The position numbers and the translations under genes were made by a program. From the NCBI GenBank assembly GCA_016182185.1, contig JACOXU010000003.1, positions 57,974 through 121,973 on the forward strand: 64,000 bases of DNA, given 5' to 3'. Shown here in pieces: positions 27,657 to 36,864 of the stretch. Source of the DNA: Candidatus Levyibacteriota bacterium. GTDB taxonomy: Bacteria; Patescibacteriota; Microgenomatia; Levybacterales; UBA12049. Every line of letters starts with the position of its first letter. Within the stretch, counting starts at the first letter, position 1. The notes under the pieces were generated by a model that saw nothing but the letters and a program-made list of their open reading frames with translations, made no database searches and was not told the DNA's origin.

Positions 27657-27700
27657 GAACCTTTGAGAGATTTTGTTTTGTTAAGAATTTTTTTCATATA

Positions 27701-28132
27701 TTATCTTGAAGCAGAAATTGTGGTTGCTCCTTCAGTACCGCAGGCTGTCACTGTCACAAGTCCTGCAGCACTGACCACTACGCTGTAACCTGTTTCTGCG
27801 GCTGTATAGGTGGTTCCTCCCGTTGGATCGATTGGAATAGTATTCAAGTAATTGGCAAGAGGAGTAGTTAGATCAACACATCCGGTTGGAGTTATCGAAC
27901 ACACGCCCACTGTTCCTCCGCAACCGGTTGCCGCTGTTCCGATTTGAGTCTGTGACATGCCTGCAGTAAGGCCAGAAGGAAGAGCACCAGCATTGTCTAC
28001 GATTGAGGCATGAATAGCGGTAAGAATTGTTTGGGTATCAGAAACTCTCTTGGCATCTCTTGTATCCTCGAGTCTTTGGGCAGGATTTAAGGCTACAAAG
28101 ACCACGACTGCCAAAACTGCGATAATTGCCAT
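27701..28132 (-). CDS. type IV pilin-like protein lacking a prepilin leader (paralog B)
   Basis: Identical N-terminal 36 aa, divergent C-terminus. TTGACA-18-TAATAT promoter with the ATG 7 nt after the -10 (leaderless). Confidence 0.6.
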   Translation of the reverse strand: MAIIAVLAVVVFVALNPAQRLEDTRDAKRVSDTQTILTAIHASIVDNAGALPSGLTAGMSQTQIGTAATGCGGTVGVCSITPTGCVDLTTPLANYLNTIPIDPTGGTTYTAAETGYSVVVSAAGLVTVTACGTEGATTISASR

Positions 28133-28231
28133 GTATATCTATATTAGAATAAAAAAAAATCGTTTGTCAAGTACCAGTTTTAAAGCTAAAAAGTGAGATT
28201 TCGAAAAATTTTTATAAAATTTTATCTGCTT

Positions 28232-28600
28232 TTAATTAGTTTGCTGCCATGATGTCACAGTTACGGAATAATCCCGGTTTGCCAGAATAGTGAAGTATTT
28301 TCCATAAGTACTGCCGAAAGAATTTATATAAATAGTATAATTACCAGCCCCGTCTGAACTCCATAAAATATTGCAATCACCTTCAGGTAAATTTACTGCT
28401 ACAGGATTCGTATTTGATCTTAATCGAAGCAACAATTCCTCTGCACAGCTATCTTGCAGATTGAGCTTTTGCTCTGCTTTGGTCAAAGAAAGAGCCGTCT
28501 GTCCTTCCCCAATAGAAAGATAGGAAACCGTAACTGCGATTACAAAAACAACGGCTGTAATAATTATAATGCTTGATATTGCCAAATAACCCTTCTGCAT
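28232..28600 (-). CDS. minor pilin-like protein (non-canonical prepilin N-terminus, no Glu5)
   Basis: MQKG|YLAISSIIIITAVVFVIA: short leader ending in Gly followed by a hydrophobic helix. Confidence 0.45.
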   Translation of the reverse strand: MQKGYLAISSIIIITAVVFVIAVTVSYLSIGEGQTALSLTKAEQKLNLQDSCAEELLLRLRSNTNPVAVNLPEGDCNILWSSDGAGNYTIYINSFGSTYGKYFTILANRDYSVTVTSWQQTN

Positions 28601-28601
28601 A

Positions 28602-29141
28602 TTAATTACTCCTTATCTCTGCATCACTGCTTATGCTTGTAGACGCATTATTCTGATTTCCTGACCCAAATTTTGAAGTGACTGTCAGGATAAACTGGAT
28701 ATTTTTTGTTTTGTAATCAGACGAAGAGTAATTGGTAAATTCAAGATTTGTATAGGTATTTCCTGAATTAAGCGGAACAAAGCTACCAGTTCCTTGCCTT
28801 ACCAAAACTTGTCCTCCTCCGCCTCCAATAATCCATGTAGGATTCGTGGCTGGATTTGAAGTATTAAGTATTATCATTGTTGGGAAGAAAGCGCTGACTC
28901 CCGTCGCATTTCTCACTTCGTATTTAAGTCTTTCTGCTATGTAACGCGCCTGAGAATTCACTTCCTGCTGTACTGCGCTTTTGCGGCTTGATAAAATCAT
29001 ATCCCAGGAAAAAGGTATTATTGTAACCAGCATCATTACAAATATTGACACATATAGAATAAGCTCTATAAAAGTGAAGCCTTTTTGATTATTTAATAAT
29101 TTATTACTGTTATTTTTCATTATTCTGTCAGATTCCTCCAA
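28602..29141 (-). CDS. prepilin-type N-terminal cleavage/methylation domain protein (minor pilin)
   Basis: ...NQKG|FTFIELILYVSIFVMML is a canonical class III signal. Confidence 0.65.
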   Translation of the reverse strand: MEESDRIMKNNSNKLLNNQKGFTFIELILYVSIFVMMLVTIIPFSWDMILSSRKSAVQQEVNSQARYIAERLKYEVRNATGVSAFFPTMIILNTSNPATNPTWIIGGGGGQVLVRQGTGSFVPLNSGNTYTNLEFTNYSSSDYKTKNIQFILTVTSKFGSGNQNNASTSISSDAEIRSN

Positions 29142-31081
29142 AATGCGAATGAAAACGGACTGCTTATTGTTTGTGATAACGATGATGTAATTCCGCCCGT
29201 ATCGGAATTAGTCCAAAATAAATAATCGGTTATTCCAATACGCAGGAACCATAATCTTTTTGCATATAATGAATTACTGCTGTCCGTAACGAAAAATAAA
29301 AATTGATTTTGAGTAATTGGATTCATTTGAATGTCGTACCATCTCTGACTGGTCGTGAAAAGCGGAGATGGCGCCCAGTCCGTTTGAAGCGTAAATGCGC
29401 CTCCGCTGCCTGCATACCAGCCGATGTTACCTGCTCCGCTGTCATGATAGGCAATCACATGTTTATTATAAGTTGTAAAGACCAGCCATCCCGTGGACAC
29501 CAATTTTGTCCCGGCCGAAGGTGCGGCGGTTGTAGTATCTGCAATCGCCGGTGAGTTCCAGACGGTTCCGTTCCAGTAAGCAAGTTGCAATCCCGGAGTA
29601 TTTGAGCCAACCGAACCAAGTATAATCTCATTTGAGGCAGCAGAGGGATTTGCCGAGATATCTAAATTTACCGCGTCGTTGGTAGTAAGCGTTATTATCG
29701 AACCCCATGAACACCCGGTATAAGTTGCTGCCCCACCGTTATTGGTACATATAGTATATTTTGTTCCGTTTGAAGCATTTCTTCCATGCCCTGTTGCGTA
29801 TCCCCACATTACCATAACATTACCTGACTGACTCATATACTCAACATCAAAATTATCCACATCCTGTACAGTACTTATATTCTCCAGTGAATTTTCCAGA
29901 GTGCTTCCCTGAACCCAGGAATTGCCTGTAGGATCCCAGACGGCATTTGACAGGCCGGATCCGTCATCGGCATAAATTGCCGTTATTAAATTGGAGCCTA
30001 TCCTTCTGTCCCATGCCATTTTCACCCATTGAATTATTCCTTTGGGCTGAGTAGGATTATAATTCACCTGCACTGACCAGTTTGCGCCTCCGCAGCCTAC
30101 TGATCCTGATTTAGTTCTATATGCCAGTTCATTTGTTGGTTTGTTGTTTGTGCTGTAAAGCACTACAATCTTACCAGAATTTGTTTCATAGGCAATATCA
30201 AATCTTCCTGTCTCCCCCGTTCCGCCTACAACTGCAGACCAATCCTGTGTCCACTCGTATCCGTCAAAACACATTATATATAGTATGCCTGAAGAATCGA
30301 CATATCCTGCAACAGCTTCTGATCCAGTCGGAGAAGTTCTGACAAGAAAAGTCCGGGTTTGTGTTCCTGTTGGAATAGGTGTAGGCATAGAGACCTGTTT
30401 TGAAAATTTAGTATTTAAAGCAGTCTCAAATATTCTATGTTTAACCACATCGGTTCCGTCTCCATACATTAAAAGACCTCCTTCCGTAATAATCGGTTTT
30501 TTGAAACTAGTAAGATAATTTATAAGAACAACAGAATTTTGCCGCGCCGCACTAAAATTCCAAGTGACCGTTGAAGTGATCTTCTTTGTATTTTTATCAA
30601 GCGCACCTCCACTTGTAACTATATTTCCTCCTGATCGATAGACATCTTCAACTTTGATAACTCTTTTATATTTGTTATTGGATCCAAAATAATTCTCGGT
30701 TCCGTAAAATTCCCAAACATTTCCTGCTGAACGCCTCACTCCGGTACCACTTGAGCTTACTAAATACTTATAATTTTGATTTCTAACGGATCTTGCTGCT
30801 TCAAGCCCTTCGCTGGCAAATTGAGTAGCCACAGCCTGCTCTCCCCCAAGTCTATTTGAAGAAAGAGCCTGAAGAACTATGCTGATTGCACCTGATGAAA
30901 AAATTACAAATAAAGTCGCAGCCAGAATCAATTCAATTACGGAAAACCCAGTATCAAAATTTCTAATTGACTTAATTCCTAATTGATCTAAAAAAATTCC
31001 AAATCTAAATTTTCTATATTTGCCTCTTGGTGCTTTATTAGAAATTAGATTAATTAGAGTACTTAGAAATTGTTTTCTCAT
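29120..31081 (-). CDS. large prepilin-like protein (653 aa; candidate tip or adhesin pilin)
   Basis: ...RNFDTG|FSVIELILAATLFVIF prepilin motif after a long leader. Large Gly/Ser/Thr-rich beta-rich body. Confidence 0.6.
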   Translation of the reverse strand: MRKQFLSTLINLISNKAPRGKYRKFRFGIFLDQLGIKSIRNFDTGFSVIELILAATLFVIFSSGAISIVLQALSSNRLGGEQAVATQFASEGLEAARSVRNQNYKYLVSSSGTGVRRSAGNVWEFYGTENYFGSNNKYKRVIKVEDVYRSGGNIVTSGGALDKNTKKITSTVTWNFSAARQNSVVLINYLTSFKKPIITEGGLLMYGDGTDVVKHRIFETALNTKFSKQVSMPTPIPTGTQTRTFLVRTSPTGSEAVAGYVDSSGILYIMCFDGYEWTQDWSAVVGGTGETGRFDIAYETNSGKIVVLYSTNNKPTNELAYRTKSGSVGCGGANWSVQVNYNPTQPKGIIQWVKMAWDRRIGSNLITAIYADDGSGLSNAVWDPTGNSWVQGSTLENSLENISTVQDVDNFDVEYMSQSGNVMVMWGYATGHGRNASNGTKYTICTNNGGAATYTGCSWGSIITLTTNDAVNLDISANPSAASNEIILGSVGSNTPGLQLAYWNGTVWNSPAIADTTTAAPSAGTKLVSTGWLVFTTYNKHVIAYHDSGAGNIGWYAGSGGAFTLQTDWAPSPLFTTSQRWYDIQMNPITQNQFLFFVTDSSNSLYAKRLWFLRIGITDYLFWTNSDTGGITSSLSQTISSPFSFAFWRNLTE

Positions 31082-31572
31082 CTGCTTGCCACCCCCTGAC
31101 TATTTACAGTTATCGTCTTTGTTTCTGAATTTCCCTGAATTGAAATACTGCCGGAAGAAGGATCTGGCAAGCCTGTCATTCTTGCAAATAAAATATCTGT
31201 CGTCCCTGTTATGGAAATATTCGGATTTACAGTGAATTTTTCATCTAAAGCCTGATTCCTAAGAGCAAAAGAGGTTCCGCTGAAAAGTGTGATCGTACCT
31301 GTTGCGTAATGTACACCCCAATTATTTGAATTTTTACTCATCATAGCGTACATCTGGGCTTTTCTTAACGATCCGATATATTGATCCTGAACGTCTGAAA
31401 CCGTATTCTGAATCAGGAAATTGGTGTAAAAATTTGCCGAGAAAGTTCCGATCAGAAGAAAAATTGCTGTTGTTAATATCAATTCGATTAAAGTGAACCC
31501 CAATCGGGATTTAGGACCTGCCTTGCCGACAGGCAGGTTTATGATATACGATTTATGATTTTCTTTATCCAT
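31078..31572 (-). CDS. type IV prepilin (candidate major pilin) with long leader
   Basis: ...GPKSRLG|FTLIELILTTAIFLLIG, a canonical G/FTLIE class III signal peptide. Confidence 0.7.
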   Translation of the reverse strand: MDKENHKSYIINLPVGKAGPKSRLGFTLIELILTTAIFLLIGTFSANFYTNFLIQNTVSDVQDQYIGSLRKAQMYAMMSKNSNNWGVHYATGTITLFSGTSFALRNQALDEKFTVNPNISITGTTDILFARMTGLPDPSSGSISIQGNSETKTITVNSQGVASR

Positions 31573-31605
31573 TCCATCTTAATTCTTAAATCTTAATTCT
31601 TATTT

Positions 31606-32697
31606 CTATCTTTTTATCCCGCCTGTAAATTGGTAAATCGGAGAAATAATAGACATCGCGATGAATGCGACAATAAGCCCAACCAGAATAAGAATTACCG
31701 GCTCTATAACAGTTGCGAAATTTTTGGCAGCAGAATCAACTTCGTCTTCAAAATAGTCACCCAAATAAAGTAGCGATTCATCAAGTTTGCCGGTTTTCTC
31801 CCCAACCCCGATCATTCTGGCCGCAATAAGAGGAATATACTTAAATTTGGCGGAGCTGAAGATTTCCTCGATTGATTTTCCCCTTTCAACCTCATGCGTT
31901 AAGGTTTTGAAGTATTTTTTGTAGACAGTATTTAAGGTAGCATCCGCTTGAGTGGATAAAGCAGTGACAATCGGAAGACCGCTTGAAAGCATGATTCCAA
32001 GATTGCGGCAAAACGAAGCAAGTTCTACGTTTTGAATAAAGGGGCCATAAATAGGAAAAGTAAGCACCACTTTCTGCCAGCGAGACTTAACAACCGGCAG
32101 ACTGATTACGGTTCGAACAAGTAGCGCAATTGCAATAAGTCCGGCAAAGATTACAAAACCGTATCCTTTCATTGCAGTTCCTATGAAAATCAGAACCTTT
32201 GTTGTAAACGGCAATTCAACATCCAAAGAGGTAAGAAGATCAACAAGTTTTGGCAAAACAAAGATACTTATTCCTGACCCTGCCAAAATTGCCGTTGAAA
32301 GTATTATAGCAGGATAAAACAGTGCCCCCTGAACCTTTTTCTTAAATTCCTGATTTTTTTTAATCTGAAGCGCTAAATAATCTAAATTTTTTTCAAGATT
32401 TCCTGATTCTTCTCCAATTGTAATAAGACTTAAATAAAACGAGTTAAAAACACGCGGGAATTCGCCGAGCGCTTTTGAAAGAGTACGTCCAGAAACAACT
32501 GTTTTTTTGATTGTGTGAACAATTCTTTTGAATAACCGGTTTTGTGTCTGACCTTCGACAATACTTATTGCCTCAGCAAGTGATATTCCGCTTTTAAGCA
32601 TTATGGATAAGTGACGCGTAAAAAGAAGAATATCTATGTCCCCTACCTTCTCAAAAAGGTTAAAATTAGGTGTTTGAATGGGCAGTTTTGTCTTCAT
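31606..32697 (-). CDS. pilC: type IV pilus assembly platform protein PilC (GspF family)
   Basis: Two T2SSF-like repeats and 3 TM segments. ATGA overlap with the pilB stop. Confidence 0.85.
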   Translation of the reverse strand: MKTKLPIQTPNFNLFEKVGDIDILLFTRHLSIMLKSGISLAEAISIVEGQTQNRLFKRIVHTIKKTVVSGRTLSKALGEFPRVFNSFYLSLITIGEESGNLEKNLDYLALQIKKNQEFKKKVQGALFYPAIILSTAILAGSGISIFVLPKLVDLLTSLDVELPFTTKVLIFIGTAMKGYGFVIFAGLIAIALLVRTVISLPVVKSRWQKVVLTFPIYGPFIQNVELASFCRNLGIMLSSGLPIVTALSTQADATLNTVYKKYFKTLTHEVERGKSIEEIFSSAKFKYIPLIAARMIGVGEKTGKLDESLLYLGDYFEDEVDSAAKNFATVIEPVILILVGLIVAFIAMSIISPIYQFTGGIKR

Positions 32698-34427
32698 TCT
32701 TTTGTTACCCGAAGGACTTCCTCAAGAGTTGTTTCTCCTCCCTTGACTTTTTCGAGTCCGTCTTCAAGCATGGTCGTCATACCCTCCCCAATTGCCTGTT
32801 TGTTTATGACAGGAGCATCTGTCTTTTTTACAACCAGATCCTCTATGGATTCAGACATTTCTAGAATTTCAAAAATTCCTACTCTTCCAGTATAACCCGT
32901 ATTATGACAAACATTACAGCCCTTGCCTTTATAAAGAGTAAGTGTCTGACGAGCTCCGAATATTTTCTTAATCATTGATTTGTCAAAATGTTTTAATATC
33001 TCAGAAGTTTTTTCTATATAAGAAACCTTACATGTTAGGCAAATCTTACGAACCAATCTTTGGGCAATAATTATATTTATGGTTGAAGCGACCAAAAAGG
33101 GTTCAATTTTCATATCGATTAATCTTGGGATCGCAGTTGCGGCATCATTCGTATGAAGAGTGGAAAGAACTATGTGGCCTGTCATGGCACTATTTACTGC
33201 AATATCGGCAGTCTCATCATCCCGAATTTCACCCACATAAATAACATTGGGATCCTGTCTTAGAATGGATCTTAATCCTTCGGCAAAGGTCAAATTAGTC
33301 TTGGGATTAACCTGAATTTGATTTAAGCCTTCAATATCGTATTCGACCGGGTCTTCGATTGTAGCGATATTGCGGTCTCTTGTATTTAAAATTTTAAGAA
33401 TTGCGTACATTGTTGTGGTCTTTCCTGAACCTGTCGGACCGGTCGATAAGATCATCCCGAATGGCTTTTGGATTGCATCTGAGACTTTATCAAAATCACT
33501 TTTATTCATTCCAAGATCTGAGAGTCCGAATTGCCGATAATGTGATGATAAAAGTCTCATTACGCAATTTTCTCCGTGTGTGATGGGAACAATTGAAACA
33601 CGAATATCAAGATCTTCAGCGGCGAGATTTGCTTGCATTTTCCCGTCTTGTGCGCTTAAGTGTTCATCTGTTTGAAGCTTGGATAAAACCTTAATGCGAG
33701 ATATTACCTGCTTGTGAATTTCCAAAGAAAATGATAAAACCTCGTGCATTATCCCATCGATTCGGAAACGAACTACAGATCTGTTTCTTTCAGGCTCAAT
33801 ATGAATGTCAGAGGCTGTATTGGCGTAAGCATATTCAATCAGAAGATCAACTATTTTAATAATAGGCGCCTCGTGGGGCTTTCCTTCTCCGAGCTTGGAC
33901 ATTTGTTCTTCCAAAAGCTTATTGAAGGTTTTCTGTAAATCTTTTTTATAAATATTAAAGGATTTTTCAATGTCTCTGATTGTCGCAAAATATGGAATGA
34001 CTTCCTTACCGGTTTTTTTGCTGACAAGAACTAAGACATCTTTATCTTTTGGATTATTCGTGGCTACTTTGACTGAACTTTCTTTCTCTTCAAAAACTAT
34101 CACCTTGTGATTTCGAGCAAATTCCTCAGGCAGCATAAGCTTGGCGGTTTCGGGAAAGGAAATGGAAGAAAGCGAAACAAATGGGGCATTGAGAAGTTCC
34201 GCAATACTTTTTCCGACATCCTCATCGGAGATCAAGTCTTTTTGTATTAATAACTCATCAAGAAGCGCACCGGTAACCTTTGTTTCTTCAAATACTTCAT
34301 CGAGTTTTTTCTGCGGAATTATTTTTAATTCCCTTAAGAAATCGTACAGGTCTTGATTCTCATAGGAAGCCATATGATTAGCGTAGCATAAGAAGTTTTG
34401 GGATACAACATTTCTATTTGGAGACAA
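32694..34427 (-). CDS. pilB: type IV pilus assembly ATPase PilB (GspE family)
   Basis: T2SSE N-domain. Walker A GPTGSGKTTT, Asp/His boxes, and a tetracysteine motif (CLTC...CNVC). Confidence 0.9.
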   Translation of the reverse strand: MSPNRNVVSQNFLCYANHMASYENQDLYDFLRELKIIPQKKLDEVFEETKVTGALLDELLIQKDLISDEDVGKSIAELLNAPFVSLSSISFPETAKLMLPEEFARNHKVIVFEEKESSVKVATNNPKDKDVLVLVSKKTGKEVIPYFATIRDIEKSFNIYKKDLQKTFNKLLEEQMSKLGEGKPHEAPIIKIVDLLIEYAYANTASDIHIEPERNRSVVRFRIDGIMHEVLSFSLEIHKQVISRIKVLSKLQTDEHLSAQDGKMQANLAAEDLDIRVSIVPITHGENCVMRLLSSHYRQFGLSDLGMNKSDFDKVSDAIQKPFGMILSTGPTGSGKTTTMYAILKILNTRDRNIATIEDPVEYDIEGLNQIQVNPKTNLTFAEGLRSILRQDPNVIYVGEIRDDETADIAVNSAMTGHIVLSTLHTNDAATAIPRLIDMKIEPFLVASTINIIIAQRLVRKICLTCKVSYIEKTSEILKHFDKSMIKKIFGARQTLTLYKGKGCNVCHNTGYTGRVGIFEILEMSESIEDLVVKKTDAPVINKQAIGEGMTTMLEDGLEKVKGGETTLEEVLRVTKE

Positions 34428-34791
34428 ATTTAGTAATTTTAGTGACCAAATCTCCCAATGATAAATTCGTTTTTATTATATAATCTGTTGCTCCAAGTCT
34501 TGTTGCTTTATCTATATCTTCCTTTTGCCCAAGGTTTGATGCGACAATTACAGGAATTCTTTTAGTCAGGGGGTTGGCTCTCACTTCTTCAAGAACAGTA
34601 AATCCGTCTTTAACAGGCATCACTAAATCAAGAATAATAACATCCGGTACATTTGTCTTCAGCTGCTCGATTGCCTGTTGACCATCCTCGGCGACTATAG
34701 CTGTGAAGCCTGCTTTTTCGAGTTTTACTCTAATTGCATTACGAAGATATTTATCATCTTCAGCAATTAATATTTTTTTACCAGTACTCAT
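34414..34791 (-). CDS. single-domain response regulator (REC)
   Basis: KKILIAEDDKYLRNAI...VIILDLVMPVKDG...K. Confidence 0.8.
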   Translation of the reverse strand: MSTGKKILIAEDDKYLRNAIRVKLEKAGFTAIVAEDGQQAIEQLKTNVPDVIILDLVMPVKDGFTVLEEVRANPLTKRIPVIVASNLGQKEDIDKATRLGATDYIIKTNLSLGDLVTKITKFVSK

Positions 34792-35177
34792 GCCAGTCTT
34801 TTGTGCTGTTTAATTAATGAAACAAGGTCTTCAAGCTTCCAGTCAGATTTGACCAAAAATGCGCGGACCGTATTTTCCTCTATCTTTGTATCTTTTTCTG
34901 CTCCGCTCAAATTAGAAAGGACAATAACTTCGGCATTTCTCCCCCATGAATCACGTCTTAGTTCTTCAAGAACAGTCATTCCATCCATTACCGGTAAAAT
35001 AATATCCAAAAGAATCAGATCCGGGTGGTTACTTAATGCTTTATCCAATCCTTCCTTCCCATCATAAGCAGATATGACAGAAAAGCCTTCTTTTTCAAGT
35101 TTTGTAACCATTGCACTGTGCAAGGCTTGATCATCTTCGATGATAAGAATTTTAAGAGTATTTACGTTTTCCATCAT
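34788..35177 (-). CDS. single-domain response regulator (REC)
   Basis: LKILIIEDDQALH...LILLDIILPVMDG. ATGA-type overlap with the downstream response regulator. Confidence 0.8.
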   Translation of the reverse strand: MMENVNTLKILIIEDDQALHSAMVTKLEKEGFSVISAYDGKEGLDKALSNHPDLILLDIILPVMDGMTVLEELRRDSWGRNAEVIVLSNLSGAEKDTKIEENTVRAFLVKSDWKLEDLVSLIKQHKRLA

Positions 35178-35220
35178 TATTAAAACTATCTAAGATTATA
35201 CATCTTTTTAAATAAAATAT

Positions 35221-36339
35221 TTAAGTAAGGGTGGTATCTCCTGCCTTTGCCTGGCTTCCGGTTTTGGGCAAGCTAAAGTAAAAAGATGTGCCTTTCCCCA
35301 CTACGGAATTAAACCAAATTTCCCCGCCTGAGCTTTCAATTATCGCTTTCGTCAGATGAAGGCCTAAGCCATTTCCGTCCGGAACTGATTTTATGGCATT
35401 ATCAGCTCTGAAGAATTTTTGAAAAATTTTTCCCTGACTTTCCTGCGGAATTCCCATGCCCGTGTCGCTTATCTGGGAAATTATGTTTTTTTGATCTTCA
35501 CTAACTATAACTTTTACCTCCCCGCCTGCAGGTGTGTACTTAATTGCGTTTGTAATCAAGTGGGAATAAACTTCATAAATTAACTTAGGGTCTATATTTA
35601 TTTTAGATAGTGTTTTATCAACATTAAAGATTAAATTAATTTTCCGCTCTTGCGCCTTAATTTTTTGCGCCAAAATTATATTCCCGATTAAGTCCGAGAG
35701 ATCGGTTGGTTTAGGATCAATTATTAATCTTCCTGATTCAATACGCGAGACATTAAGAAGTGAATTAACCAGTTCAATCATCCGTTCTGCTGAATCGCTA
35801 ATATTTTGCGTAAATTCTTTCTGCTCTTTATTCAGCTCTCCGGCATCTCCTGAGAGAAGCATTTCCGAGAACCAGCGAAGTGCAGCCAGCGGGGTTCTCA
35901 ACTGATGGGAAGCAAGGGATATAAAATCAGTTTTTTTTCTGTCCACTTCTTTTGTATGCAAAACGTCTTCATAAATTTCAAAGATAAATTCTGGCTGATT
36001 TTGTGAATTCTTGATAGGGATGGCGGTGACTTGGAAAAGATTATTCTTATTATCTCTTCTTATATAAATATCGTCTTTTACAGTTTTTTCGTTGTTTTTT
36101 ATTGCAACAACCGCAGGCAATTGATCGTAAGGATAAACTCCCCCGTTAATATTAAGAAGCTGAGCGGATTGATTGGGACCTTCGGTCTTGATGAATGGAT
36201 TTCCTAAAAGCTCAATCCCTAATTTATTAATCATTACGATTTCACCCGTAGGAACTTTTGATATCTTTGCAGCAAAAGGAATTGAATCTATCGCGATTTG
36301 AAGCAGTTTTTTATATTCGTCTGAAAATAAAGGAGTCAT
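35221..36339 (-). CDS. cytoplasmic PAS-domain sensor histidine kinase
   Basis: N-terminal PAS-like segment, H-box SHQLRTPLAAL, and HATPase N/G boxes (ITNAIKYT...GLGLHLTKAII). Confidence 0.8.
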   Translation of the reverse strand: MTPLFSDEYKKLLQIAIDSIPFAAKISKVPTGEIVMINKLGIELLGNPFIKTEGPNQSAQLLNINGGVYPYDQLPAVVAIKNNEKTVKDDIYIRRDNKNNLFQVTAIPIKNSQNQPEFIFEIYEDVLHTKEVDRKKTDFISLASHQLRTPLAALRWFSEMLLSGDAGELNKEQKEFTQNISDSAERMIELVNSLLNVSRIESGRLIIDPKPTDLSDLIGNIILAQKIKAQERKINLIFNVDKTLSKINIDPKLIYEVYSHLITNAIKYTPAGGEVKVIVSEDQKNIISQISDTGMGIPQESQGKIFQKFFRADNAIKSVPDGNGLGLHLTKAIIESSGGEIWFNSVVGKGTSFYFSLPKTGSQAKAGDTTLT

Positions 36340-36425
36340 GGATTATATTTTATTGTAACAAAAAAAATAATTGATTCACAATAAAATAATTCTTGTGAAA
36401 ATGATTCTTCGATAAGTAATTCAAG

Positions 36426-36842
36426 TTAATCTTCTTCAAGAACTTTCACTGCGGCTTTTGCGCATTCAACATCTTGCGAAACGTCCATTGATCCTCCCAC
36501 TCCGACGCCTCCAACAATTCTACCCGATTTTTTGACAGGTAATCCTCCTGCAATTACCATGAGTTCGCCACCGAATGCGCTTGTTGTTCCGAAATAAGGC
36601 TGTCCTTCACCAGAATACTGAGCCAGATCACCTGAGGCAGCTCCCAAAACAGCCGACGTATAAGCCTTGGCATAGGAAAATTTCGGACTGATCGGTATAG
36701 CATTTTCCATACGGTTTACACATATTAAGGTACCATGTTCGTCTACGATGGTCACAGTAACTGCGATACCAAGTTCGGTAGCTGTTTTGACTGCTTTCTC
36801 AGCAGCTTTTATGGCTTTTTCCAAGGTTATCAATTTAATCAC
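36426..36842 (-). CDS. GlcG/HbpS-like heme-binding protein (DUF336)
   Basis: VTIVDEHGTLI...GGLPV...GGVGVGGSMDVSQDVECAKAA matches the DUF336 consensus. Confidence 0.7.
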   Translation of the reverse strand: MIKLITLEKAIKAAEKAVKTATELGIAVTVTIVDEHGTLICVNRMENAIPISPKFSYAKAYTSAVLGAASGDLAQYSGEGQPYFGTTSAFGGELMVIAGGLPVKKSGRIVGGVGVGGSMDVSQDVECAKAAVKVLEED

Positions 36843-36864
36843 CTCCTTCCTTTAGAATAAAAAT

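Noticed and set aside
27657-27700. Alternative genetic code (UGA read through) to rescue the out-of-frame prepilin leader upstream of 27225..27656
   Set aside because: pilB terminates with TGA exactly where PilB orthologs end and overlaps the pilC ATG. Other conserved genes also end cleanly at TGA, so the standard code applies. The leader is a remnant.
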